A stretch of DNA of 64,000 nt, from contig NC_086378.1 of assembly GCF_036588685.1 (NCBI RefSeq), forward strand, positions 88,288,001 to 88,352,000, written 5' to 3'. This DNA comes from Mytilus trossulus. Lineage: Eukaryota. The notes under the pieces were generated by a model. It was not told the DNA's origin. It worked only from the letters and a program-made list of their open reading frames with translations, and did not search any database. Positions 52,225 through 64,000 of the stretch are shown here, in pieces (position 1 is the first letter of the stretch; every line of letters starts with the position of its first letter). The position numbers and the translations under genes were made by a program.

Positions 52225-55200
52225 AGTCTGGTCATTGACCTTGAAAGTCTGGTCCTAGTGTTCTAACTAACCATGAAAAGTTTGGTCATAGTGTTCTTGT
52301 TAACCTGAAAAGTGTGGTCATTGTGTGCTAACCTGGAAGGTCTGGTCATAGTGTTCCTGTTAACCTGGAAAGTTTAGTCTTAGTGTTCTTGCTAACATGG
52401 ATAGTCTGGTCATATAGTGTTCCTGCTAAACTGGAACGTCTGGTCTTAGTGTTCTTGCTAACCTAGAAGGTCTGGTCATAGTGTTCTTGCTAACCAGGAA
52501 AGTTTTGTCGTCGTGTTCTTGCTAACATGGAAAGTCTGGTCATAGTGTTCTTGCTAATCTGGAAGGTCTTTTCATAGTGTTCTTGCTAACCTAGAAGGTC
52601 TGGTCATAGTGTTCTTGCTAACCTGGAAAGTTTAGTCTTAGTGTTCTTGCTAACATGGAAAGTCTGGTCATAGTGTTCTTGCTAATCTGGAAGGTCTTTT
52701 CATAGTGTTCTTACTAAACTAGAAGGGTTGGTCATTGTGTTCTTGCTAACCTGGAAAGTGTGGTCATAGTGTTCTTGCTAACCTGTAAGGTCTGGCCATA
52801 GTGTTCTTGCTAAACTAGAAGATTTGGTCATAGTGTTCTTGCTAACCTGGAAAGTGTGGTCATAGTGTTCCTGCTAACCTGTAAGGTCTGGTCACAGTGT
52901 TCTTGCTAAACTAGAAGGTATGGTCATAGTGTTCTTGCTAAACTAAAAGGTTTGGTCATAGTGTACTTGCTAACCTGGTAAGTGGTCATAGTGTTCTATC
53001 TAACCTGTAAGGTCTGGTCATAGTGTTCTTGCTAAACTAGAAGGTATGGTCATTGTGTTCTTGCTAACCTAAAAGGTCTGGTCATAGTGTTCTTGCTAAC
53101 CTGGATAGTCTGGTCATAGTGTTCCTGCTAACCTAGAAAGTTTGGTCATTGTGTTTTTGCTAACCTGGAACATCTGGTAAAAGTGTTAGCGCTATATAAC
53201 CAAGTTTAATCCACCTTGTCTACATTTGAAAATGCCTGTAGCAAGTCACGAATATGACAGTTCTTGTCCATTCGTTTTTTATGCATTTTGTTATTTGATG
53301 TTGCCATGTGATTATGGATTTTCCGAAATGATTTTCCCCTAAGTTCAGTATTTATGTGATTTTACTTTTTGCTAACCGGAATGTCTGGTCAGTGTTCTTG
53401 CTAACCTGAAAAGTCTGGTCAAAGTGTTGTTGCTAACATAGAAAGTGTGGTTGTTGTGTTCTTACTAACCAGGAAAGTCTGGTCATAGTGTTCTTGCCTA
53501 CCATGGAAAATTTGGTCATAGTGTTCTTGCTAACCATGGAAAGTATGGTCATTGTGTTCTTGCGAACCATGGAAAGTTTGGTCATAGTGTTCTTGCTAAC
53601 CGTGGAAAGTCTGTTCATTGTGTTCTTGTTAACATGGAAAGTCTGGTCATTGTGTTCTTGCTAACATGTAAAGTCTGGTCATAGTGTTCTTGCTAACCTG
53701 GATAGTCTGGTCATAGTGTCCTTGCTAACCTGGAAAGTCTCGTCATAGTGTCCTTGCTAACCATGGAAAGTCTCGTCATAGTGATCTTGCTAACTGGAAA
53801 GTCTATTCATAGTGTTCTTGTTAACCTGGAAATTCTGGTCATAGTGTTCTTGCTACCCTGAATAGTCTGGTCATATTGTCCTTGCTAACCTGGAAAGTCT
53901 GGTCATTGTGTTCTTGCTACCCTGGATAGTCTAGTCATAGTGTCCTTGCTAACTTGGAAAGTCTGGTCATAGTGTTCTTGCTAACCTGGAAAGTCTGGTC
54001 ATAGTGCCCTTGCTAACCTGGAAAGTCTGGTCATAGTGTTCTTGCTACCCTGGATAGTCTAGTCATAGTGTCCTTGCTAACTTTGAAAGTCTGGTCATAG
54101 TGTTCTTGCTAACCATGGAAAGTTTGGTCATAGTGTTCTTGTTAACCATGGAAAGTCTGGTCATTGTGTTCTTGCGAACCATGGAAAGTTTGGGTAAAGT
54201 GATATGTCTAACCTGGATGGTCTGATCATAGTGTTCTTGCTAACCGTGGAAAGTCTGGTCATTATGTTCTTGCTTTCATGGAAAATTTGGTAACAGTGTT
54301 CTTGCTAACATGTAAAGTGTGGTCATAGTGTTCTTGCTAACATAGAAAGTGTGGTTATTGTGTTCTTGCTAACCTTGAAAGTCTGGTCATAGTGTTCTTG
54401 CTAACCATGTAAAGTCTGGTCATTGTGTTGTTGCGAACCATGGAAAGTTTGATCATAGTTTTCTTGCTAACCTGGATAGTTTGGTCATAGTGTTCTTGCC
54501 AAATGTGGAAAGTCTGATCATTGTGTTCTTGCTAACATGGAAAGTTTGGTAATAGTGTTCTTGCTTACCTGAAAAGTTTGGTAATAGTGTTTTTGCTAAC
54601 ATGGAAAGTTTGGTAATAGTGTTTTTGCTAACATGGAAAGTGTGGTCATTGTGTTCTTGCTGACCTGGTAAGTCTGGTCATAGTGTTCTTGCTTACATGA
54701 ATCTGGTCATAGTGTTCTTGCTAACATGAAAAGTGTGGTCATTGTGTTCTTGTTAACCTGGACATTCTGGTCATAGTGTTTTTGCTAACCGTGGAAAGTC
54801 TGGTCATTGTGTTCCTGCTAACCTGGATAGTCTGGTCATTGTGTTCTTGCTAACCTGGAAGGTCTTGTCATAGTGTTATTGTCAACCGGAAAGTGTGGTC
54901 ATAGCGTTCTTACTCACCGTGGAAAGTCTTGTCATAGTGTTCTTGTTAACTGGAATATCTGTTCATAGTGTTCTTGCTTACCTGGAAAGTCTGGTCATAG
55001 TGTTCTTGCTAAACATGAAAAGTGGGGTCATTGTGTTTTTGCTAATCTGGAACTTGTGGTCATAGTGTTCTTGCTAACTGGAATATCTGGTCATAGTGTT
55101 CTTGTTTTCTGGAATATCTGGTCATAGTGTTTTTGATAACTGGAATATCTGGTCATAGTGTTCTTGATAACCTAGAAGGTCTGGTCATAGTGTTCTTGCC

Positions 55201-55250
55201 AACCTGGAAGGTCTGGTCATAGTGTTCTTGCTAACCGTAAAAGTCTTGGT
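52225..55250. repeat. ~3-kb 32/33-bp minisatellite, interrupted at ~53188-53370 by a dispersed-repeat fragment
   Basis: Unit ctggtcatagtgttcttgctaacctggaaagt, with aaccatgg 33-bp variants. Confidence 0.95.
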
Positions 55251-55484
55251 TACTACAAATAGAGTTTTTAAAAGGTTTGCTGAATTTTAAATTTGTTTTA
55301 CTTGATTGATTGAAACGAAACTTCAATTGTAGAAAAAGGATAGAATCCTTTTTATTACGGGGTCGAAAGTCAAGGTCATTGTAATTAAAAAAAATTTTCA
55401 AATGGTTTATGGATGGAAACTTGATTTTCACCTGCTTTATCCTAATAGAGACGCATTCAAAGGGAAGGAGAGAATGGTTTTGAT

Positions 55485-56585
55485 GTTTTGGAGTACAATC
55501 AGCTACGGAGCGGCAGTGTGGGGAGATAGAACATTTTCATGTATAAATTCGATACAAAATAAGGCAATTCGTTTTTATATGGGAGTCGGACGGTATACAC
55601 CTAATGTAGCAGTGAATGGAGATTCAGCCTGGAAACCACCTTGTGTAAGGCAGTGGCGAACTGTTATAAATCATTGGAATCGTTTAAGGTATATGCACAC
55701 TGATCGACTTAATAAAAGAATCCATAACTGGGCGGAACATAGTTTTAGGCGGTATAAAGCATGTAAAAATTCAAATTATAGACTTTATCAGCAGTTTGAA
55801 TTGTGTAATATTAGTGACTGGTATAATGAACACGAACATTCACAAAACTACGGTGTTAGCCAAAATAGAAGATAAACTGTTAATTGATTTTAAAACTAAG
55901 TGGACCGAAGATCTCCATAGAGTTTCTGCAAGACGTGTGGATGGTGGTTGTAACAAATTAAGAACATATAGAACATTTAAAACCGAAATTAGTTGTGAAC
56001 TTTATTTAAAAACACTTTTATCTCCTGCTCAACGTAGAGCATATTCGCAATTCAGATGTGGGGTTGCACCCATACGAATCGAAACCGGGCGCTTCGAACA
56101 TTTACCAATGCATGAACGGACTTGCTTTATGTGTGAAAGTAAAACTGAAACTGAGGAACATGTACTAATTGAATGTCCGCTTTATGACGATTTAAGGAAC
56201 GAACTTTATGAATATATAAACAGTGTAGATGAGAACTTTAACATGTTAACGAACCGTGAGAAACTGTCTTTTGTGTTGGGATGTCAAAACGTTAATGTTA
56301 TTTACAAATGTGCCAAAACCTGCAAATCTATTTTAGACAGAAGGAGACGTTTTTTATATCGATAATATTTTTTTTAGACTGTAAAGTTATTTAAATTTGT
56401 TTTAGAAATTTTAAATAGTACATGTACATAGTTTTATAAAGTCCTTTTATTGTTTGATGAAATTTTACTTTTTGTCTCTCATAATTCTTTTTAGAATGGC
56501 ATTAATATATATTTATGTTTTTATGATATATGTAAATATTGTATTGTGTATATTAATGGTGAGACGTTAATAAACTATCTATCTG
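55485..56585 (+). mobile_element. 5'-truncated LINE 3' fragment (same type as 15649-16966) with one frameshift near 55830 and a (CTAT)n tail
   Basis: WSTISYGAAVWG...IQNKAIRFYMGV and NKLRTYRTFK...QFRCGVAPIRIETGRF...RTCFMC...ETEEHVLIECPLY; aataaactatctatct. Confidence 0.9.
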
Positions 56586-59241
56586 TAAAAAAAAAAAAAA
56601 ACAGGCAAAGTCAAAGTCCAAGGTCACATTAAAAAAAAAATGGAACAAAAGTAAACAAACGATCAAACTTTAAAAACTGATTTTTGTTGTTGAAAATAAT
56701 AATTAGTTTTTCTGGAGCAATACAAAAAAAAAACCGGCATTACAGTACTTCGATACTTTGAGTACAGACTATTTTCGAAACCATATTTTACTAGTTGTCA
56801 AGCCAGATACTGTATGGATATTTCTCACCGTTCCAAATCTCCTTTTATTTATATTTATAAGGATGATATAATCCGGACACACGAGTGTCACTGTTATGTC
56901 ATAAAATTGATATTGACATACAGTATTTCACCTAAAATGGTCATTAACTCATAATTGGATATAAATGATGGTCTTATTTAAAAATAAAACTTTTTACCCG
57001 AATTAACATCTTTCAACGTAATAAAAATCGTGTTAATTAAAAGATTTCTTTTCGGGGAAAACCACAGGTGCTTGGGTATATGATACAGATATCTTATTTT
57101 TTTGATTTTTTTTGTTTTTGATTAAAATATTCAATTTCTTTAATATAATACATATCTATCACTTCTTTTGCATGTCTCACCTAGTTTCCAGTGATTTAAA
57201 CGATTCAGAGAAAAAAATCAAATTTTACTATTTTTTTCTTAAATTTTTCTTAGTATGGATGGTAAAATGGTTTTTCTGAGTCGTGATAGATATGTATTAT
57301 ATTATAGAAAATTGAATATTTCAATCAACAACAAAATGAAAAATTAAAAAATTATCTGTATACCAAGCGCCAGTGGCCTATTTTAGTAATATTTTTTTAT
57401 TTTATTTTTTTCTACAACCATGTGTAAAGGATGTTACTTGATATGTATGTGATACTTTTTTTCATCTTCAAGTGACTAAGAAAAGTGGCCTAATTATATA
57501 TTATACTTTTCCAGTCATAGAAAACTGGTAATGACATTCAAACGGAATAATTAAATATATGTTCATATCGATGCACGTTAAAGGAAATTAATTATGCAGC
57601 ATGAGTATGTTGAATGAGTTCAGTGCAACAATGTTGTACACATGAAAATCGACATATATAGTCGTCAGAAACACTATCGCTATATGAAAAAGAAATATAA
57701 TATGGCGTGTTTACATTTCAAATCACACATAGAAGATGTTACCTTATTGGGTAAGTAAAGACCCATAACGAGTATCCCCTTACAATACATTATTTATCAC
57801 GTGTGTCAGTTCCAATTAGTTGCCAATTAAATCATCACAACAGATGATGATTAATATCGTACCATTGGTTACTATAAATAAATTATAACATTTATAAAAG
57901 CTTAAACAAATTAAAAGAAACAAGCTTCGAGAAATGTTAATTTGTCAATATATGTATCATCTAAAAATTTATACCTTAAAATTTATCAATTTTTACATTT
58001 TGAATCTACAACAATATCAAAATGGTAGCGACGTCGACGTGTAGCATAATTAAGAAGCGCCACCTGTTTTGCTGCTGTGTGTGTGGATTTATCTTTGGTT
58101 GTGCCGCAACTATTGGTGGCATCGTCGGAATAGTATGGTACTTTCAAAACAGCATATCAAATCATTTGAAAAAAAATAATAATGGTAAGTTTCTCATATA
58201 ACCCCGCCTCATTCTGTATATATGTATATATATATACGTGTTTTCCGTTTCTCGTTATTTTTTATATAGATTAGACCGTTGGTTTTTCCGTTGGAATGGT
58301 TTAGTAATTTGGGCGCCCTTTATAGCTTGTTCGGTGTGAGCCAAGGCTCCGTGTTGAAGGCCGTTCATTGACCTATAATGATTTACTTTTTTTAAATTGT
58401 TATTTGGATGGACAGTTGTCTCATTGGCACTCACACCACATCGTCCTATATCTATAGGTACCTAGGCTTGTTCCAAGTCAGGATCCTGTATTCAGTTGTT
58501 ATCATTTGTTGATGTGTTGTTTTTCGTTAAATTTTTGCACGAAATTAGGCCGTTAGTTTTCTCGTTTGAATTGTTTTATATTAGTCATTTCGGGCATTAT
58601 AGCTGACTATGCGGTATGGGCTTTATTCATTGTTGAAGGCCGTACGGTGACTTATAGTTGTTAATATAGATCTGTCTCATTTGGTCTTTTGTGGAGAGTT
58701 GTCCCATTGGCAATCATACCGCATCTTCTTTTTTATAAATATTTCTCCAGTTTTTCTCCAAAAGAGATGATGTTTGAATGCGTACTTTCATATTTCTATA
58801 ATACATTAATGAATTAAGTTTATTATCATTAATTATCTCATGCATAGAGGGTATTGTCAGACTATAAAGAACAACATTAAGAAAAAGGAAAAAAGTTAAT
58901 TAGAATTTAACGACACAAATATTTTTTTATAAAATTAGAAATGACCTTGTTTGACCTTGTTTGATGAAATGTCAAGTTGGCATAGCAAAAGTTATTGGCA
59001 TATTGCAATTTACGAGACAAATTGTGTTGCCTTTAAGTTTGAATTAATTTTAACAATAAAAAAACCTAAATTTATATCCTCATTTGCTCCTGTGTTGAAT
59101 TAAAATGATACAACTCATGTCATCCTTTTCCATATCACAAGGACTTAGATTTCCGGTACAGTCACTACAAAGTTATATTTTTATATCTTCCCAGTGAAAC
59201 ATTTAGTTTGTATTGTTATCTCGTCAGAAACGAATTAAAAC

Positions 59242-62200
59242 ATGGAACTGTACGCAAACACGACAGAATACAATTTCGACGATCCATGTTATGAAAATGG
59301 AGACACTCTAAAAGAAAAACAAAAACTACGATTCGATGATTATCACAAAAACGACACAAAAACGGCGCCTGTGTCTAAACGTTATAAATTTGTTGGTAAC
59401 TTGTATGATACCGAAGAAAGTTTAAAAGCAGAAAGAGCTACTCGTTCTGTTCGAACATATAGTTGCTGTTGTTGTTTTCTTGGTTTTACATTAGGATGTG
59501 TATTTGCGACTAGCGTCTGTGTCTTGGTGTATTATTTTGTATTGCCTTATTTAGTACCGTCACCAAAAGGTATGTTGCATGGTTATTATTTTTCTTATTT
59601 GTTATTTTTTACTTGTTGTTTAGAACTGTATAATTTTTGATTCACCAAATGGATATTTTAATAAACAACGCTCTAGTATGCCACGCCTCGAGATCTTAAT
59701 TTATAAAAATCACAACACGCACCAGACAAATCACAAAACAATTTAACAACACGTTTACTGATGTTTTAAGTCATAATGAGGGGTTTAACATCACAAAACA
59801 ATTAAACTATACTTTTACTCCTGTTTCAAGTCAGACAAAAACAATGAAACAACACTTTATTTACTGTCTTAAGTCACGCTAAAACCATTAAACAACACTT
59901 CTGTACTTCTGTTTCAAATCGCACAAAAACCATTAAACAACACTTCTGTACTTCTGTTTTCAAATCGCACAAAAACAATTAAACAGCACATGTACAGCAG
60001 TGTCGCTGTGAGCGCTCCAACGTAGAGTGATTATTTAAGATAAAACGAATAAGAAATGCTGAACCAAAATCGAATCTATTTGAATAATGACGAACTTATT
60101 TAGTAAATATTCAAATCATCTAAAGTCCACTTCATATATGGCCAGTTGTATCCTGATTTTATTTGCACTGCATTCTTCCTTTTCTACTTATCTTTCGATA
60201 ATTGTTGGTATTGTTCATGAAATCGGAGTCAGTGTAGATAGAGTGTCAAAGTATCAAACTTATAAAGGAAACACGTCATCGTATATCCTGTCTGAAAACA
60301 GTAAAATTGATAATCATAAATACACAATCCTAGGGGGGTTTGACGAACCCAAACAGAAAATTGATCACAAATAAATATTGTCCGATCAAATATGCATTGC
60401 ATAATGATTTTAATTAAAAACTGTTTAACGGTGATTTATGATAACAGCATGACCTATTGGCCTGTCAAGTGATATGATTTCATTGACCGTAAAAGGTTTT
60501 TTTTTTTTAGCGGAATCATGTATATATATTTTTTTATGTACATGTATCCTTTGTGTATCGGCTAAAGCACATGAATTATGTTATCTACTTCCCCCAGATA
60601 TGTGTGCAATAATTTCCAAATATTTCTATTAAACTCCGTGGATGATAGCCTTGTATTTTATTTAATTCCTGTTGTTAAGTCAGCCCCACAAATGTATAAG
60701 AAGAAAACTATTTTCTTGTTATATTGCTCAGGATTCCATTTCGAGTTTTTAGAGTTATAATACAGACCAGAGGTCGAACGACTATTTGTTTTTGGGTTTA
60801 CACTCATCTTTTTTGGTTTTTATATTACTGAAAAATTATTACATAAGAATTTGCGAAAGTATCACAAACTAGTCAAAACAATTGCCAAATTTAATCATCG
60901 GTACAAGGACATCATTCGTATAAAGCAGACATCTTATACGTTAGGTATTTCATATCCAATATTTTTATGGTAATATTCTATACAAAGCACAACAATGTCG
61001 CCATTCACCCCAAAAGCTAACCAAACCTTTAAACAGAATTATTCAGAACGGACATAGTTACTTATAAAATTGAGAATGGAAAAAGGGAATGTGTCAAAGA
61101 GACAACAACCCGACCAAATAAAAAAACAACAGAAAAAGGTCACCAACAGGCCTTCAATGTAGCGAGAAATTCCCGCACCCGGAGTCTTTCAGCTGGCCCT
61201 TAAGTAAATATATACGTATATTTTTTGGACACTTTAAAGCTTACTGTTCGGTGTGAGCCCTAGCTCCGGTGTTGAGTATAAAAATGGCATATTTTGGAAT
61301 TAATATTGATTCACTCTTATATCATGTATATGATATAGGACCTTTGCATCGGAAGTAAAACACGTGTATTCTAAAACTGGTTGTTGGCATGATACGGGTG
61401 CTGAGCGTTTGTTTGACCTACATTGGCTAAAGGTATAGGCGTAGGGCTGAGATATCACAAAACAGGTTTAAACCACCACATTGTTGTACCTGTCCAAGGT
61501 CTTTTAATAATTAGTCTTGCATGTTTTATTTTTATTTTAGTACATTTATATGTTTCTGAGTTAATTGTGAAGTTCATTTTCACTGAACTAGTAATCATTT
61601 TAGTTAAGGGGCCAGCTGATGCCCGCCTGCCCTCCAGTTGCGGTATTTTCTCGCTATGTTGAAGACCCATTAGTCGCTATGAGCTGTTTTCTGCTGCTTC
61701 GTCGGATTGTTGTCTCTTTGGCAACAAAGAGAGATTACAGAATTTCTTTTTATATTGAGTTTAATCATGTCTACTATTTTCAGGTACACAACAGATTGGA
61801 TGTTTAAAAGGCTGGGAACGATACAAAGGGAACTGTTATTTTTTCAGCAAATTCAATATGTCATGGACTGACGCTCAGGTTAGTAAAGATTAAAACCGTC
61901 AATTATGATATACATGTTGTTTAAAATTGAGAATGGAAATGGGGAATGTGTCAAAGAGACAACAACCCGACCATAGAAAAAACAACAGCAGAAGGTCACC
62001 AACAGGTCTTCAATGTAGCGAGATCTTTCCCGCACCCGGAGGCGTTCTTCAGTTGGCCCCTAAGTAAATATATACGTATATTTTTGGGACACTTTATAGC
62101 TTACTGTTCGGTGTGAGCCATAGCTCCGGTGTTGAAGGCCTTACTATGACCTATAAAGGTTGACTTTTACAAATTGTGACTTGTATGGAGAGTTGTCTCA

Positions 62201-64000
62201 TTGGCACTCATACCACATATTCTCATATCTATAGACAATAAATACAGGAAAGGTGAAATAGAAAATTAATAATATTAATTGCTGATTCTTTGTCAAAATG
62301 TAATAGTTACCTTTCTATTATACTATAGACACATATTCATAATAAAATGAATTATGTTAACCAAATATGAAAACAGATAACCTTAATCGTTTGCGTATTT
62401 ATTAAATCAAACAAATAAGAAAGTGCAAACTAATATTAATTATCTTTTACTTAGTTACCTGCATTTCTTATACATTATTATGTAGTTAAAAGAATGACAA
62501 GTTTTCTATATTTAAGAAAAAATGCATGCTTTTATAAATATGCTTAAACAATGAAAATGTCTTTATGTAAAAGAAAGATTTTCAAATGTGTTTTTAAACT
62601 GAGTGTATTTTTTATACAGACAAATTGTACCAATATGAAATCCCAGTTGACGGATATAGAGGACCAAGAAGAGGCTCTTTATTTTGCATCATTGACGAAC
62701 TATTTTATAGGCAAGTATTTTTCAAAATAATCTCGTTCACAAAAACTCATAATTTGTTATTTTGAAAGCTGGAAAACATAGAATGATTAAATTGAGAACA
62801 TTAAGAACTATTTTCGTTTCCCATTTCCTCGTATTACTTTTTTTTATCCCATTTCTCTCGTTCAATCTTCGTAAACTTTTCATGTACATTTTGAATGCTC
62901 GTGATTCTTAACACATACATCGTCTGTGTGTATGTGCGTTACTGGCGATCGGGAAACACTTACCATATCTAAATATAGAGGACGACTGTTTGATATCTTG
63001 GGGGTGAGGTGGGAGTGGCAGTAGAATTGTTTCAATAATTAATCCAGAGTAGATGATTTAATTATTTTACGTTCCCTAAAGTCTAGGATTATTATCATAA
63101 AAAGGTTAAAATTGTCTCATTGGCAATCATACCACATCTTCTTTTTATATAAGATGCTGGTTTTACAATAAGGCTGATACTGTCTGAGCCTTCTTTTGAA
63201 AAGAGGTGGTAAGACCAATTTCCCCTGAGTTAATAACACTCGTGACTGATTTAAATACAAATATAGATTCTCAAGAAGTGAACTTGCAATTCGCGGGTCT
63301 TGTAAACTAATTCGAAAACAGTTTTAAAGAAAAAAAATACTAGAATTTCTTATTAATTCGTAATGTATGGAATTTCTTATTAATTCGTAATGTATGGAAT
63401 TTCTTATTAATTCGTAATGTATGAAATTTCTTATTAATTCGTAATGTATGGAATTTCTTATTAATTCGTAATGTATGAAATTTCTTATTAATTCGTAATG
63501 TATGGAATTTCTTATTAATTCGTAATGTATGGAATTTCGTATTAATTCGTAATGTATGGAATTTCTTATTAATTCTTAATGTATGAAATTTCTTATTAAT
63601 TCGTAATGTATGGAATTTCGTATTAATTCGTAATGTATGAAATTTCTTATTAATTCTTAATGTATGGAATTTCGTATTAATTCGTAATGTATGGAATTTC
63701 TTATTAATTCGTAATGTATGGAATTTCTGTTTCAGGTGATGATGCATGGATAGGCGGAAGAGGAACAAATATTAGTAACTTTAAGTGGTTTACTGGTGTC
63801 CATGGCAGTATTCCTAAGGTCATGAACTTTACATACTGGGCACAAGACAAACCTTCATCATTAAAAATTGGAAAACAATTAAATTCTTCCCCGCCAATAG
63901 AGAATTGTGTTCTTGTCTGGAAACAGAAGAATTACAAATGGACTAATGAACAATGCTCGAAAGAAAAACCATTCATATGTAAATATGTATATAATAAATG
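59242..64000 (+). CDS. Type II transmembrane C-type lectin domain protein (3' end at or just beyond the window edge)
   Basis: Exons 59242-59569 (cytoplasmic tail plus TM), 61784-61878 (GCLKGWERYKGNCYFFSKFNMSWTDAQ), 62620-62710 (TNCTNMKSQLTDIEDQEEALYF, GC donor) and 63736-64000 (AWIGG...FTYWAQDKP...ENCVLV...YKWTNEQCSKEKPFICK). Long-form CTLD with six Cys; phases consistent. Confidence 0.9.
60825..61400 (+). mobile_element. Decayed Penelope-like element fragment, interrupted by a repeat at 61065-61275
   Basis: Fragments read YHKLVKTIAKFNHRYKDIIR and FYGNILYKAQQCRHSPQKLTKPLNRIIQNGHSY, resembling the post-RT region of mollusc PLEs. Recognised by eye. Confidence 0.45.
61065..62135 (+). repeat. 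~210-bp direct repeats (61065-61275 and 61922-62135) flanking lectin exon 2
   Basis: Both copies share the same composite junction (...gctggcccct taagtaaatatatacgtatattttt.ggacacttta.agcttactgttcggtgtgagcc.tagctccggtgttga). Confidence 0.85.
63342..63728. repeat. 27-bp minisatellite (~14 copies) ending 7 nt before the lectin last-exon boundary
   Basis: Unit gaatttcttattaattcgtaatgtatg. It generates the spurious ORF 63340-63768. Confidence 0.95.

Noticed and set aside
58140-59330. Putative upstream exon ending ATG|gtaagt (58184) that would create an overlapping out-of-frame uORF for the lectin
   Set aside because: The exon is unsupported without transcript data; another candidate donor exists near 57750.
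63340-63768. ORF (KFHTLRINK)n
   Set aside because: Translation of a 27-bp minisatellite antisense to the lectin intron.

Overview
AT-rich, intron-rich animal genomic DNA. The repeat families suggest a bivalve mollusc, probably a mytilid mussel (inference). Five spliced protein-coding genes were assembled by hand, with consistent exon phases. (1) The 5' part of a tetraspanin-like gene (-, running off the left edge). (2) A complete RBBP5 (+, 16 coding exons, 506 aa). (3) A complete Flattop/CFAP126 (-, 5 exons, 238 aa), head-to-head with (4) a complete TMEM147 (+, 6 exons, 229 aa). (5) A type II transmembrane C-type lectin (+, running to the right edge, with one GC-AG intron). Introns and intergenic DNA hold 5'-truncated LINE fragments, many MITEs with recognisable TSDs, Helentron/HINE-like elements with ~160-bp internal repeats, SINE-like repeats and minisatellites. 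The most notable observations are three. (a) Tandem duplications recur at splice junctions, including a ~24-copy array of an exon end plus its GTAAG donor. (b) A 4.2-kb element has CAC termini, a 5-bp TSD and RSS-like TIRs (Transib/RAG-like signature). (c) Hammerhead-ribozyme repeat copies occur in circularly permuted form, implying a ~360-nt retrozyme-like monomer. Most ORFs in the supplied track are spurious.
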